Source: Acidobacteriota bacterium (GTDB lineage Bacteria; Acidobacteriota; UBA890; WLXD01). Taken from it: a stretch of 64,000 bases of DNA. Below, piece by piece: positions 50,997 to 60,597 of the stretch. Below the pieces are notes generated by a model, which saw only the letters and a program-made list of their open reading frames with translations, did no database searches and was not told the origin of the DNA. Location of the stretch: the NCBI GenBank assembly GCA_963666215.2, contig CAXWPL010000005.1, positions 992,001-1,056,000 of the forward strand, in the 5' to 3' direction. The position numbers and the translations under genes were made by a program. How positions within the stretch are numbered: position 1 is the stretch's first letter; each line of letters starts with the position of its first letter.

Positions 50997-53900
50997 GTGG
51001 CGATGCCCGACGAGCGCAGCCAGATTACCGACTCCACGACCGCCACCGGCGAAACGCCCGCTCGCCGGCCCCTTGGCGACCTGCCGCGCGCGAGCTCGTC
51101 ACTCGGCGGGTGGCGCCTGATCGCCCTCGTCAACGCACTGTTCTTCGCTGGCGTTTCAGTTCGTTGGATCGAGTATCTGAGGGGCAGCGTTCCCGACGAA
51201 AAGATCCTGTTGGCGCGTGTTGGATGTGGCGCGATGGCGCTCGCCGCCGCTGCCGTGGTGGTCGGCTATCCGCGCTTGCAGGCCACGCTACGGGCACTGG
51301 GCGACGCCATTGCCCACCGCTTCCCCGACGAAGCCGAGTATCGGCCGGAGGCACGTCGCGTCGAGAACATCCTTGCAGCGGTCTTCGTCGCGGCATTGAG
51401 CTGGCTGGCGCTCCACCTTCTGCTGTCTCCTCACTTCGTCTTTTTTGCCTTCCTGATCGAGGACGGCCCCATCGAGAGCATCACGGCGCTTCTCTACCTG
51501 GCCGCGGCCGGAATGCAGATCAGATGGGCCCTTCTCGCCAGGTCCCGACGCGGCACCGCACTCTTCCTCGGGGCGATGGGTGCGTTGTTCTTCGTCATTG
51601 GTATGGAGGAGATGAGCTGGGGCCAGCGATTGATCGGCTATGAAGTGCCGACGGCGATCCGCGAGCTCAATGTTCAGGGTGAGATCACACTCCACAACCT
51701 GTGGTCGAACACCCTCAACCAGCTAGCCGCGATCCTGGTCGCCTCGACGCTGCTTTACTTCCTCCCATTGGCGAGCTTCCTGTCGCCACGACTCCGGCGA
51801 GCCGTCGAAGGACTGGGCATTCCCATCGTTCGCATCCGATACGCCGCGATGTTCGCGCTCGGCTACGCCTCGTACCTGTTCGTGGGCTGGAACATCGGCA
51901 CGTTCGGAATCGGTCGCTACCGGTTCGACCCGACGGTACCGCGCCACGCCGACGATGAGTTGCTCGAGTTCGTCATCTGCATGCTCTTTTTCGCGCTTGC
52001 CGCCAGCGGCTGGCGCCTGCGCTTCGAGCAAGTCCAGCGCCGCACCATCGCGCTCAGCACGGCTCCCCTGCTGGCGTCGGCCGGAGTCGCCGCGCTGGCG
52101 ATCACTGTCGCCGACTGCGTTCTCCTGCAGCGCAAGTACGGGATCTTCACAGGCAGCTTCCTGAGAACGGCCGGGCTCGACGGCTGGCAACTGCTGGCCT
52201 TTCTGAGCGGTTCGCTGGTGCTCGATATGGCGTTCGCTTTTCCGCTGGTGGTGATGGCTCTGTTCGCCTGTCGCCGCCTGCGCTGGATGACCCGCTGGCA
52301 ACAGGCCTTCACCGCGGCAATGATCGGTGTCCTGCCGATCGCGCTCTTCACATTGATCCGCTTCGAGGTCGCCCGTTTCTTCGGCGACCAGGTGCAGTTC
52401 ACCACGCTGCGGCATCTTGCCAGCGGCAGCATTGTGGAGATGCTGCTGCAGGCGAGCTCTCACCTGCTGGGCGGGGCCCTGCTCGTGGGCGGCTTCGCAA
52501 CCGCGGTGGTCATCGGCAATTGGATCCTTCGACGGCTGCCCCTGCTGCGCTCAACCGAGGTTGCAGCACCCACCGCGAACGCAATCAACCTCCGGCGCCT
52601 GGCAACCTACGGCAGCGTACTGCTGCTCGCCGCCCCGATGACTACGGCCCTCGCCACGGTCGCCGACAGCCACCTGTTCTGGTCGCTGCAGAGCAAAACT
52701 ACCGGCGGATGGGCAAGCGGGCTGGCGTCGTGGCTAACCGACTTCGATCGCGACGGCTACGGCCTGGTGAACGCTCCCCGCGACTTCGCGCCGCTACGCC
52801 ACGATCTGCACCCCTTCGCGGTGGATTGGCCCGGCAACGGCATCGACGAGAACGGCGTGGGCGGCGACCTTCCGAGGTCCGCGCTGCTACCCGGCGTGCA
52901 GCCGGCGACCCTCTTTGCGCGCCGCCCGGATGTGGTCGTGATCGTGCTCGAGAGCTTCCGGCGAGACAACCTCACCGCGGTCGTGAACGGCAACCCGGTG
53001 ACGCCACGCTTGAGGGCCCTGGTGAACGAGGGCGCGAACGAGCTCTGGGCTTACGCCCACAGCAGCTACACCACCGACTCCAGGAGTCACCTGCTCACCG
53101 GTACTCTGCACGGACGTGCGGCGACCACGCTCGTCGACGACTTCCGCGACAACGGCTACGCAACCGTGGTGGTGTCCGGAGCCGACGAGAGCTTCGCCGA
53201 CATGGATATCGACGGCGGCATGCGACGAGCCGACATCTTCGTTGACTCACGCAACGACATGGACGAACGCACCTCCCCCTTCACGACGGCCGGAAGTCTG
53301 CACGTGCCATGGCCGGTTGTGGTGCGCAACGCGGCCAACGTGGTGGCGGCGCTCGAGGACGCCGGCGACGATCGTCCGCTGTTCCTGTTCATCAACCTGA
53401 TCGACTGCCATTTCCCGTACAGCAGTCACGCCACCGAGCACCTGCTCGAGCTGCCGCAGGGCGAGCCGATCTCGCGCTCTCGAATCGGCCCCGATAACGC
53501 CGAGTGGCTGCAGGCCACGTACCGCAACTCGGCCGCCAACGTCGACCGAGCGGTGGGCCAGATCATCGACAACCTGCGCGAACAGCGTGGTGAGCCTGCC
53601 TTCGTCATCGTCGGTGACCACGGCGAGGGACTCTTCGACACGGCGCCAGGCTCCAGCTCCCCCGTACTCGGTCACGGAACGCAGCTGACGCTGCAGCAAC
53701 AGCAGGTGCCGCTCATCATCGGCGGGCTAGCGTTGCGCGCCGAGTTGCCCCTGGGCATGTCGGAGGTTCGAGGCTTGCTTGTTGACGCTCTCTCACGGCC
53801 GGGCGGCAAGGCCGAGACCGGGGCGAAATCGATCTCGATCAACACCAACAAGTGGGTGCCACTCTACGTCGGCGACGTCGATCGCCCGGCGTCGCTCGGA

Positions 53901-54113
53901 GCCGGCTGGGACTCCGGCATCTTCCGCCTCAACATGGCGACCGGCGAACAGACCACCGTCGGGGTGGTGCCCACAGCCAGTCCGGCGATGACACTGAAGC
54001 TCGTGCACACGTGGGAATCTGTCTTACTGCAACGGACGTCCCCCGTGCCGGATCCACAGCTGGTGATGTTGCCCGCGGCGGCGCCGGGTGTACGCAGCCC
54101 GACGGGTCAATAG
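50997..54113 (+). CDS. Polytopic membrane protein fused to a sulfatase/alkaline-phosphatase-superfamily domain
   Basis: Many TM helices; EEMSWGQR...NVQGEITLHN; DFDRDGYG...NGIDENG metal-binding-like motif; VLESFRRD, DCHFPY and VGDHGE. Confidence 0.8.
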   Translation: MAMPDERSQITDSTTATGETPARRPLGDLPRASSSLGGWRLIALVNALFFAGVSVRWIEYLRGSVPDEKILLARVGCGAMALAAAAVVVGYPRLQATLRALGDAIAHRFPDEAEYRPEARRVENILAAVFVAALSWLALHLLLSPHFVFFAFLIEDGPIESITALLYLAAAGMQIRWALLARSRRGTALFLGAMGALFFVIGMEEMSWGQRLIGYEVPTAIRELNVQGEITLHNLWSNTLNQLAAILVASTLLYFLPLASFLSPRLRRAVEGLGIPIVRIRYAAMFALGYASYLFVGWNIGTFGIGRYRFDPTVPRHADDELLEFVICMLFFALAASGWRLRFEQVQRRTIALSTAPLLASAGVAALAITVADCVLLQRKYGIFTGSFLRTAGLDGWQLLAFLSGSLVLDMAFAFPLVVMALFACRRLRWMTRWQQAFTAAMIGVLPIALFTLIRFEVARFFGDQVQFTTLRHLASGSIVEMLLQASSHLLGGALLVGGFATAVVIGNWILRRLPLLRSTEVAAPTANAINLRRLATYGSVLLLAAPMTTALATVADSHLFWSLQSKTTGGWASGLASWLTDFDRDGYGLVNAPRDFAPLRHDLHPFAVDWPGNGIDENGVGGDLPRSALLPGVQPATLFARRPDVVVIVLESFRRDNLTAVVNGNPVTPRLRALVNEGANELWAYAHSSYTTDSRSHLLTGTLHGRAATTLVDDFRDNGYATVVVSGADESFADMDIDGGMRRADIFVDSRNDMDERTSPFTTAGSLHVPWPVVVRNAANVVAALEDAGDDRPLFLFINLIDCHFPYSSHATEHLLELPQGEPISRSRIGPDNAEWLQATYRNSAANVDRAVGQIIDNLREQRGEPAFVIVGDHGEGLFDTAPGSSSPVLGHGTQLTLQQQQVPLIIGGLALRAELPLGMSEVRGLLVDALSRPGGKAETGAKSISINTNKWVPLYVGDVDRPASLGAGWDSGIFRLNMATGEQTTVGVVPTASPAMTLKLVHTWESVLLQRTSPVPDPQLVMLPAAAPGVRSPTGQ

Positions 54114-54186
54114 CTCCTGAGCGCGATCGAAGTCGAAGTCGAGGTTGACTGCACGACAAATCGGGAGCTCTCGAAGCCGGCGCTCG

Positions 54187-57100
54187 TCAAGCTCCCGGCT
54201 TCAGGATCACGCCTTCGTTGCGGGCGCCGTTCATGAGGATCGGTAGCGGCTCGGCGAAGCGCAGGTGGCGCACGTACTGTGTGGAAGCGACCGCCGGCTG
54301 ATCGGCGATCCAGTCCCAATCAACCGATCCCTCGCCGGCTTGTGGATTAACGGTGAAGTAGCCGACGTTGTTGGCAACCAGATTCTGGAAGAAGTGCGTG
54401 CCCTGCGACGGCGTGACCATAAAGTCGCGGAAGCCAGCCTCGACGATCGCCCGCGCCCCGGCGATCTGGCCCCACGCGACCGGTATGCCCAGAAGCGCAT
54501 CGCTCGACCCCCAGCGACCCACGCCGATGAGCAGATACGGACGCTCGAGAGACACGAGCTCTCCGTTGAATCGCGCGACATCGTTCGCCACGAGCCGGCT
54601 ATCGCCGCGCTCGTAGCTGTCGGGCGCCACCACGACAACGTCGCGAACGTCGTCAATGCGGCCGTTGCCAAGCACACTCGTCGAGGTGCAAACGAGCGCC
54701 GTGGGATCGACCTCGCCAAGCTCCGTGGATGTGAGGTCGGCCGGCTGCGCGACGGGGCGCAGTTGCAGGAACGCGAACTCTTTGGGGCTCCCCGCCGGTT
54801 CGCTCTTCAGGCTGGCGGCGAACTCGATCTCCACCGGACCGCCCGCCGCTTCCACGCCGATCGCCAACAGCGCATCGAGGATCTCGGGCAGAGGAAAGAG
54901 TCCGTACTTGAGGATCGGCGCGAAGTTCACGAGGCGCACTCCGGGGCGCGAAACGCCGTCGTAAATAACGTCGTTCTCGGCCGAGTAGGTCGACCCACTC
55001 CAAACCAGCGTTCCATCCGCTTCCGCCGTCCGAAGGTCGAAGCGCCGCAGCAGCCCCGACGCGTAGTCCGCCGCGGAAACGTCGAGCTGAAGCGCGTAGA
55101 ACTCGCGCTGCGAGTTTTGCAGCGTGTCCTTGACCGACGACATCTGCACCAGGCGCTGCGGGTGACGGGGCGAGAACCGCAGGCAATGCTCGCCCTCCAC
55201 AACGGACACTCCAAGGCCGAGCGCGACCGCCGCCAGCCCATCGTTCGGCCCAATAGGGTCGACCGGATAGAAGTTCTGCGACATCGCGACTCCGCTGATC
55301 TCGGGGTAGAAACGCTCGCCGTTGGCGCCGTGCGGGGAGCCGACGATACGCTGCAGAATCACCGCCATCTTCTCTTCCTCGAGCCGGTACGAGGTGGAGG
55401 CCAGATGTCGCTTGGTCCGCTGAAGGAAGGTCGACGCGTAGATCCGCTTGATCGCCAGCGTTAGCTGCTCGAGCCGAAGATCGACACCCCCGCGAGCGTT
55501 GGGAATCATCAGCGTGTCGTAAATCCCGGCGAACGGCTGATACTTGGAGTCTTCGAGGAGGCTGGACGATCGCACCGCCAGCGGATAACGACACGCGCGC
55601 AAGAAGTCTCGCAGCTGCTCGTGGACCGAAAGCGGAAAGCTCGCCTGCGCAAAGGCGGAGATAATGCGATCGTCAGCGTCGATGGTCATCGCCATATCGC
55701 GCAAGCCGTTGCTCTCGAGGAACTCGTCGAATACGTCGGTACCGATGACGATCGTCGGCGGAACCGCGATCCGCACGTCCTCGAAGCGGTCCTCGAGCTC
55801 GTACTTGGTCAGCAGCAAGTTGGCGAAGGCGAGCCCGCGAGCCTTGCCGCCGAGCGACCCGCCGCCGATACGGGCAAAGCTGTTCTCGGAATCGAAGTGC
55901 TCCGAGTCGAAATCGGCAACCACCGCCCGGCGCCGCGCCCGCCGGTGATCACGAATGGCGTCGATGAGGTATGCCCGCAGGTCGGCCGCATCGGCGAAGT
56001 CGGTGAGCCTACGGCGCCGCATCCGTTCGGCGATGGCAAACTCGGTGTGCGCCTTGAGCCAGCGCGAGAAGTGGTTGTAGCTGGCGTGGTGAATCAGGCT
56101 CTCATCGGGAACCGTGTGCAGAGCCTGCTCGACGCGCTTGAGATTGGACGCACGAGTTACAACCGCGCCGTCGGGTGTCTTGAAGACAAAGTCGCCGAAG
56201 CCGAAATGCCGCAGCATGAACTCGCGCAGGTCGCGCAGCAGCCGCGGCGAGCCCTTGCGGAGAAACGGCACGCCCACCTCGGCGGCGCGCTCGCGATTGG
56301 CGGGCTGGCCGGAATGCAACAGCAACGAGATGTCGGGATCACACGCGCGGATCGCTGCGGCAAGCTGCAGGCCCGCGTCGAAACACTTCTCCCCGTTCTT
56401 GGGAAACTCCACGTCGGAGATCACGCCGAGCATCTGGTGCTCGTAACGCTTGAATGTGGCCCATGCCTCTTCGTAGTTGTTGCAGAGCAGGATCTTCGGG
56501 CGCGCCTTGATGCGCAGCAGCTTGTGCGCCAGGTTGACGCCACCGGGAACGAGGGCGCGGGTCTGCTGCATCACCTCGGTATAAATCGTCGGCAAGAACG
56601 ACGAGTAGTACCGAATCGAGTCCTCGACAACGAGGATCACCTGCACACCCACGGTCTTGACGTCGTGGGCGACGTTCTTGAGGTCCTCGACGTACTTGAC
56701 AATCGCCAGCAGCAGCCTCGCGTCGCCTTGAAAAAGAAACGTGCGATCGATTCCGGTGGCGTCGTAATCGCTCAGAAAACTGTGCAGCTCGCGATCGTGG
56801 TACGCCAGCAGGATCACGGGAGGCGGCTCCTCGCTCAATCGCCGACCCGATCTCCCCGACCGTCTCAGACCGCTTGGCGGGGTCGACCCGACCGACCGCG
56901 TCGGCCCGGCGGAATCGACGCTGAGCTGCCGCACGCGGCGCGCCAGCGTACCGGCATCCATATCGCCGATGAGCGGCGAGCTGATCACGAGGTCCCAGCC
57001 GCCACGTTCGACCAGCGCCAGCGCCTCCGCGCCGGTTGAAACGCGGCGCAGGTCGGGCATGTTGTACAGGTCGACGCCAAGCTCCTCGCCGAAGACCAAC

Positions 57101-57270
57101 TCGTCGACGAATCGGTCCTCGGAGAGCATGAACGAGTCGTAGAGGCTCGACACCAGGAGAATCTTGTCGGCCCGCCACTGCATGAGCTCGTGAAGGCGGC
57201 CGATGTGACTGCCGTCGCCACGGTCCTTGTTCTCGTCCAGCGTCTTGTCCCGAGCTCGAGGGCGTTCCAC
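54187..57270 (-). CDS. PEP/pyruvate-binding (PPDK_N ATP-grasp) domain protein with N-terminal receiver-like domains
   Basis: GGKARGL, PLAVRSSSLLEDS, FAGIYDT, MAVILQ, GLGVSVVEG, VEIEFA and LQLRP; receiver-like ILVVED. Start uncertain (GTG 57270 preferred; TTG 57333 lies in the terminator U-tract). Confidence 0.88.
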   Translation of the reverse strand: MERPRARDKTLDENKDRGDGSHIGRLHELMQWRADKILLVSSLYDSFMLSEDRFVDELVFGEELGVDLYNMPDLRRVSTGAEALALVERGGWDLVISSPLIGDMDAGTLARRVRQLSVDSAGPTRSVGSTPPSGLRRSGRSGRRLSEEPPPVILLAYHDRELHSFLSDYDATGIDRTFLFQGDARLLLAIVKYVEDLKNVAHDVKTVGVQVILVVEDSIRYYSSFLPTIYTEVMQQTRALVPGGVNLAHKLLRIKARPKILLCNNYEEAWATFKRYEHQMLGVISDVEFPKNGEKCFDAGLQLAAAIRACDPDISLLLHSGQPANRERAAEVGVPFLRKGSPRLLRDLREFMLRHFGFGDFVFKTPDGAVVTRASNLKRVEQALHTVPDESLIHHASYNHFSRWLKAHTEFAIAERMRRRRLTDFADAADLRAYLIDAIRDHRRARRRAVVADFDSEHFDSENSFARIGGGSLGGKARGLAFANLLLTKYELEDRFEDVRIAVPPTIVIGTDVFDEFLESNGLRDMAMTIDADDRIISAFAQASFPLSVHEQLRDFLRACRYPLAVRSSSLLEDSKYQPFAGIYDTLMIPNARGGVDLRLEQLTLAIKRIYASTFLQRTKRHLASTSYRLEEEKMAVILQRIVGSPHGANGERFYPEISGVAMSQNFYPVDPIGPNDGLAAVALGLGVSVVEGEHCLRFSPRHPQRLVQMSSVKDTLQNSQREFYALQLDVSAADYASGLLRRFDLRTAEADGTLVWSGSTYSAENDVIYDGVSRPGVRLVNFAPILKYGLFPLPEILDALLAIGVEAAGGPVEIEFAASLKSEPAGSPKEFAFLQLRPVAQPADLTSTELGEVDPTALVCTSTSVLGNGRIDDVRDVVVVAPDSYERGDSRLVANDVARFNGELVSLERPYLLIGVGRWGSSDALLGIPVAWGQIAGARAIVEAGFRDFMVTPSQGTHFFQNLVANNVGYFTVNPQAGEGSVDWDWIADQPAVASTQYVRHLRFAEPLPILMNGARNEGVILKPGA

Positions 57271-57330
57271 GATGCGCCCATCATACTGGCGGCGACTCCC
57301 GCCGTCGGCGCCGCTACTCCTGCGGACAGA

Positions 57331-57365
57331 CAAAAGGCGAGGAGATGGGATAGATCTCCTCGCCC
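57331..57365 (-). terminator. Intrinsic terminator after gdhA
   Basis: Perfect 11-bp stem GGCGAGGAGAT/ATCTCCTCGCC with a 7-nt loop, followed by TTTTG on the minus strand. Confidence 0.75.
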
Positions 57366-57410
57366 TGTCGCGATCGCGAGCTCGCCAGGGCGAGCTCCAG
57401 TCGAGTCCGC

Positions 57411-58772
57411 CTAGACGAGACCCTGGTCAATCATGGAGTCGGCGACCTTGAGGAAGCCGGCGATGTTGGCGCCGTTGACGTAGTTGCCAGGCGATCCGAA
57501 TTGCTCGGCAGTCTCGAACGAGGCCTGGTGGATCGACCTCATGATGCCGTGCAACTTGGTATCGACCTCGATGCGGCTCCAGCTGTAGCGCAGCGAGTTC
57601 TGCGACATCTCGAGCCCGGAGGTTGCCACACCGCCGGCGTTGGCCGCCTTGCTCGGGCCGTACAGGATCCCCGCATCAACGAACTGATTGACGCCCTCGG
57701 TCACCGTCGGCATGTTGGCGCCCTCCGAAACCACGAAAACACCGTTGGCCAGCAGGTTGGCGGCGTCGGTGGCGTTGATCTCGTTCTGCGTCGCCGACGG
57801 GAAGGCGCAGTCGGCCTTGTGATCCCACAGCTGGTTATGGTCGGCACTCGGGTCGTTGGCCGTGTAGACGGCGCTGTCGAACTCGTCGGCGTACTCGGCA
57901 ATGCGGCCACGGCGCTCGTTCTTCAGCTCCATCGCCCACGCGAGCTTGTCGCGATCGATTCCGGCCTCATCGTAGATGTAGCCGCTCGAATCGGACAGTG
58001 TCACCGGCTTGCCGCCGAGGTCGAGGAGCTTCTCGCAGGTGTACTGCGCCACGTTGCCCGATCCAGAAACCAGGCAAACCTTATCGTCGAGAGTGTCGTC
58101 GCGCATCACCAGCATCTCCGACGCGAAGTACACCGCGCCGTAGCCGGTCGCCTCGGGACGAATGAGCGATCCGCCCCAGTTCAATCCCTTGCCGGTAAGA
58201 ATCCCGGTGAACTCGTTGCGCAGCTTCTTGTACTGACCAAAGAGGAAGCCAATCTCGCGCCCACCAACACCGATATCGCCCGCGGGCACGTCGGTGTTGG
58301 GGCCAATGTGCCGGAACAGCTCCGACATGAAGGCCTGGCAGAAACGCATGACCTCGTTATCCGATTTGCCCTTGGGATCGAAGTCGGAGCCGCCCTTTCC
58401 GCCGCCCATCGGCAGCGTCGTGAGCGAGTTCTTGAAGACCTGCTCGAAGGCGAGAAACTTCAGGATCCCCAGGTTGACCGAGGGATGGAACCGCAGCCCG
58501 CCCTTGTAGGGGCCGATGGCGCTGTTCATCTCGATGCGGAATCCGCGGTTGACCTGAACCTCGCCGCTGTCATCCATCCACGGCACGCGGAACATCAGCA
58601 CTCGCTCGGGCTCGACAACCCGCTCGACGATCTTGTGCTTGCGATATTCCGGTCGGCGCTCGAGCACGAGCTCCAGCGATTCAACGACCTCTTCCACCGC
58701 CTGATGAAACTCGGGTTCGGCGGGGTTCTTGGCCTTGACCTCGCCCATGATGTCTTCGCTGAACGAACCCAT
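57411..58772 (-). CDS. gdhA: NADP-specific glutamate dehydrogenase
   Basis: EFHQAV, GPYKGGLRFHP, MGGGKGGSDF, DVPAGDIGVGGREIG, RPEATGYG, SGSGNVAQ and KAANAGGVA. Confidence 0.97.
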   Translation of the reverse strand: MGSFSEDIMGEVKAKNPAEPEFHQAVEEVVESLELVLERRPEYRKHKIVERVVEPERVLMFRVPWMDDSGEVQVNRGFRIEMNSAIGPYKGGLRFHPSVNLGILKFLAFEQVFKNSLTTLPMGGGKGGSDFDPKGKSDNEVMRFCQAFMSELFRHIGPNTDVPAGDIGVGGREIGFLFGQYKKLRNEFTGILTGKGLNWGGSLIRPEATGYGAVYFASEMLVMRDDTLDDKVCLVSGSGNVAQYTCEKLLDLGGKPVTLSDSSGYIYDEAGIDRDKLAWAMELKNERRGRIAEYADEFDSAVYTANDPSADHNQLWDHKADCAFPSATQNEINATDAANLLANGVFVVSEGANMPTVTEGVNQFVDAGILYGPSKAANAGGVATSGLEMSQNSLRYSWSRIEVDTKLHGIMRSIHQASFETAEQFGSPGNYVNGANIAGFLKVADSMIDQGLV

Positions 58773-59296
58773 CGGGTTTTACTCCATTGGGGCGGCGCAC
58801 GAGGTGCCGCCGATGGCTTGCTACGGGATCCGGTTGCTAGGGTGGGATGCCCCTTCCGGCTGGAGGCTCGATCGAGTGCCGAGCAGAGAATTCGGCATCA
58901 CTTCTACCACGCCAGCACGAGCCCGGTTTGCCCAATCCTCTCCTCGAACGGAGGTCGCCTGCTGCGCAACAATCGGGAGGTGCCTCGCCACCCCCCACTG
59001 CCCCGTCCACGCACACCAGCGTCGTTTGCGGCGAGTCGCCCGATCGGGCGTGGGCGCCCGCGATCGCGCGAATCCTTGATATTGAGCTCGCTGTCGGCGG
59101 TCGCCGCAGCCACCGGTGGGGCCGCAAAAAACGGCTGTGGGTTCGAACCCGGAATCGCCACTCGGGGCTCCGAGAAATCAATCCTCGGAGCTGCCGCGCT
59201 CCGTGCCGCCGCGTGGGCCTGTTGGCCCGCGAAGGGGCGCCGACGAGCTCGAAATGAGGTTACGAGAGGTGACGAAATCGACCTCTCGGAAGCTCG

Positions 59297-60391
59297 CTAA
59301 CGAGAGCCGATGCGCTGGAACTCGTCCTCGATGACCACGGCCAGGTCTTCGAAGGGAATCGCGCCGCCGGGAACCGGGCGTCCGTTCACGAACAGCGCCG
59401 GCGTGCCGTTCACACCGAGCCTGAGGCCCGCGGTGAGATCGCTCTGCACCGCCTCCTTGTGGCGCCCCGATTCCATGCACGCGTCATAGGCCACCAGATC
59501 GAGCCCCAGCTCTTCGGCCTGACCTCGCAGATCCGCGGGCGCGAGCCGGTCCTGCTCGGTGAACATCGCGTCGTGCAACTCCCAGAACTTGCCTTGGTCG
59601 TGCGCACAGAGCGACGCCTCGGCGGCGCCGCGGGCGCTGGCGTGGATGTTGTCGAGCGGGAACTGGCGGAAAACAACGCGCACGCTGTCGGCGTAATCGG
59701 TTTTCAGACGCTCGAGTGTGGGCATGAAGCGGCGGCAGAACGCGCATTCAAAGTCGGAGAACTCGACCACCGTCACCTTGGCATCCGCGGGACCAATCGA
59801 CGGCGACCCTTCGGTGGCGACCTCAACGCGGAAGGGCTCGAGCAGCTTGGTAGCCCCGAACTTCTCGGTCAGTCGAGTCGCGAGCGCGGTCACCATCTCC
59901 TGCTGCGCCGTTTGAAAGAGGTAGGCGCGCACCTGGGGGCGCAGCTCGTCGACCGAGCGGCCCTCGAGGCGCTCGCGGTTCCCCGCGTACCATCGCTCAA
60001 CGTCGTCGTCACTCGGGGGCTCGATCGATGACAACTCTTGCTCGACGAGCTCCTCTGAGGTGATCCCTTGCTCGGCGGCCTCACGCTCCAGCACGCGCTC
60101 GCGGATCAGGTTGTCGAGCGCCGAATCGATGAGGCCGTACCTCTGGCTGAGGTAGGCGTTCTCGGCCTGCGCCAGCTCGTCGCCGATGCTTTCCTCGATG
60201 TCGGCCTCGGTGATCTCGACGCCGCCGATCGTGGCCAGCGGCCCGCCACCCGTCTCCCGCGACCTACTTTGGCCCTCGGACACGGCTTCGCCCGCGCATC
60301 CGGCCGCCAGTAGGCCTATCGACAGAAGCGCGACGAGCACGCTGCCACACTGCAGAAGCGAGGGCGAAGACGAACGTGGAGCGAGCCGCAT
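59297..60391 (-). CDS. DsbA-family thioredoxin-fold lipoprotein with SurA-like N-terminal domain
   Basis: Lipobox AAGC, VVEFSDFECAFC (CxxC), FRQFPL and cis-Pro loop GVNGTP. Confidence 0.9.
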   Translation of the reverse strand: MRLAPRSSSPSLLQCGSVLVALLSIGLLAAGCAGEAVSEGQSRSRETGGGPLATIGGVEITEADIEESIGDELAQAENAYLSQRYGLIDSALDNLIRERVLEREAAEQGITSEELVEQELSSIEPPSDDDVERWYAGNRERLEGRSVDELRPQVRAYLFQTAQQEMVTALATRLTEKFGATKLLEPFRVEVATEGSPSIGPADAKVTVVEFSDFECAFCRRFMPTLERLKTDYADSVRVVFRQFPLDNIHASARGAAEASLCAHDQGKFWELHDAMFTEQDRLAPADLRGQAEELGLDLVAYDACMESGRHKEAVQSDLTAGLRLGVNGTPALFVNGRPVPGGAIPFEDLAVVIEDEFQRIGSR

Positions 60392-60597
60392 TTCGGAATC
60401 CGTTTCTCGTTCAGGGAACTGGCGTTCCCCGTACAGGGAACTACGACCTGGAAATGGCTGCCGCGGGCCGAACCAACAGACGCCGCAGCTCCCGATACTG
60501 TAACCCTCACCGACGTCATCCGGCGACCGATCTTCGCGGCTGACGTCGGCCGCAACGGATCCTGCCACAGGCCTCCAAACAGCTCACGACCACTCCG

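Noticed and set aside
59133-59160. tRNA-like 3' end GGGTTCGAACCCGG...CGCCA
   Set aside because: The T-stem pairs poorly, and no D-arm, anticodon arm or acceptor stem can be built.
57501-59300. 599-aa ORF antisense to gdhA
   Set aside because: Shadow ORF expected from GC-rich codon bias; no recognisable motifs.
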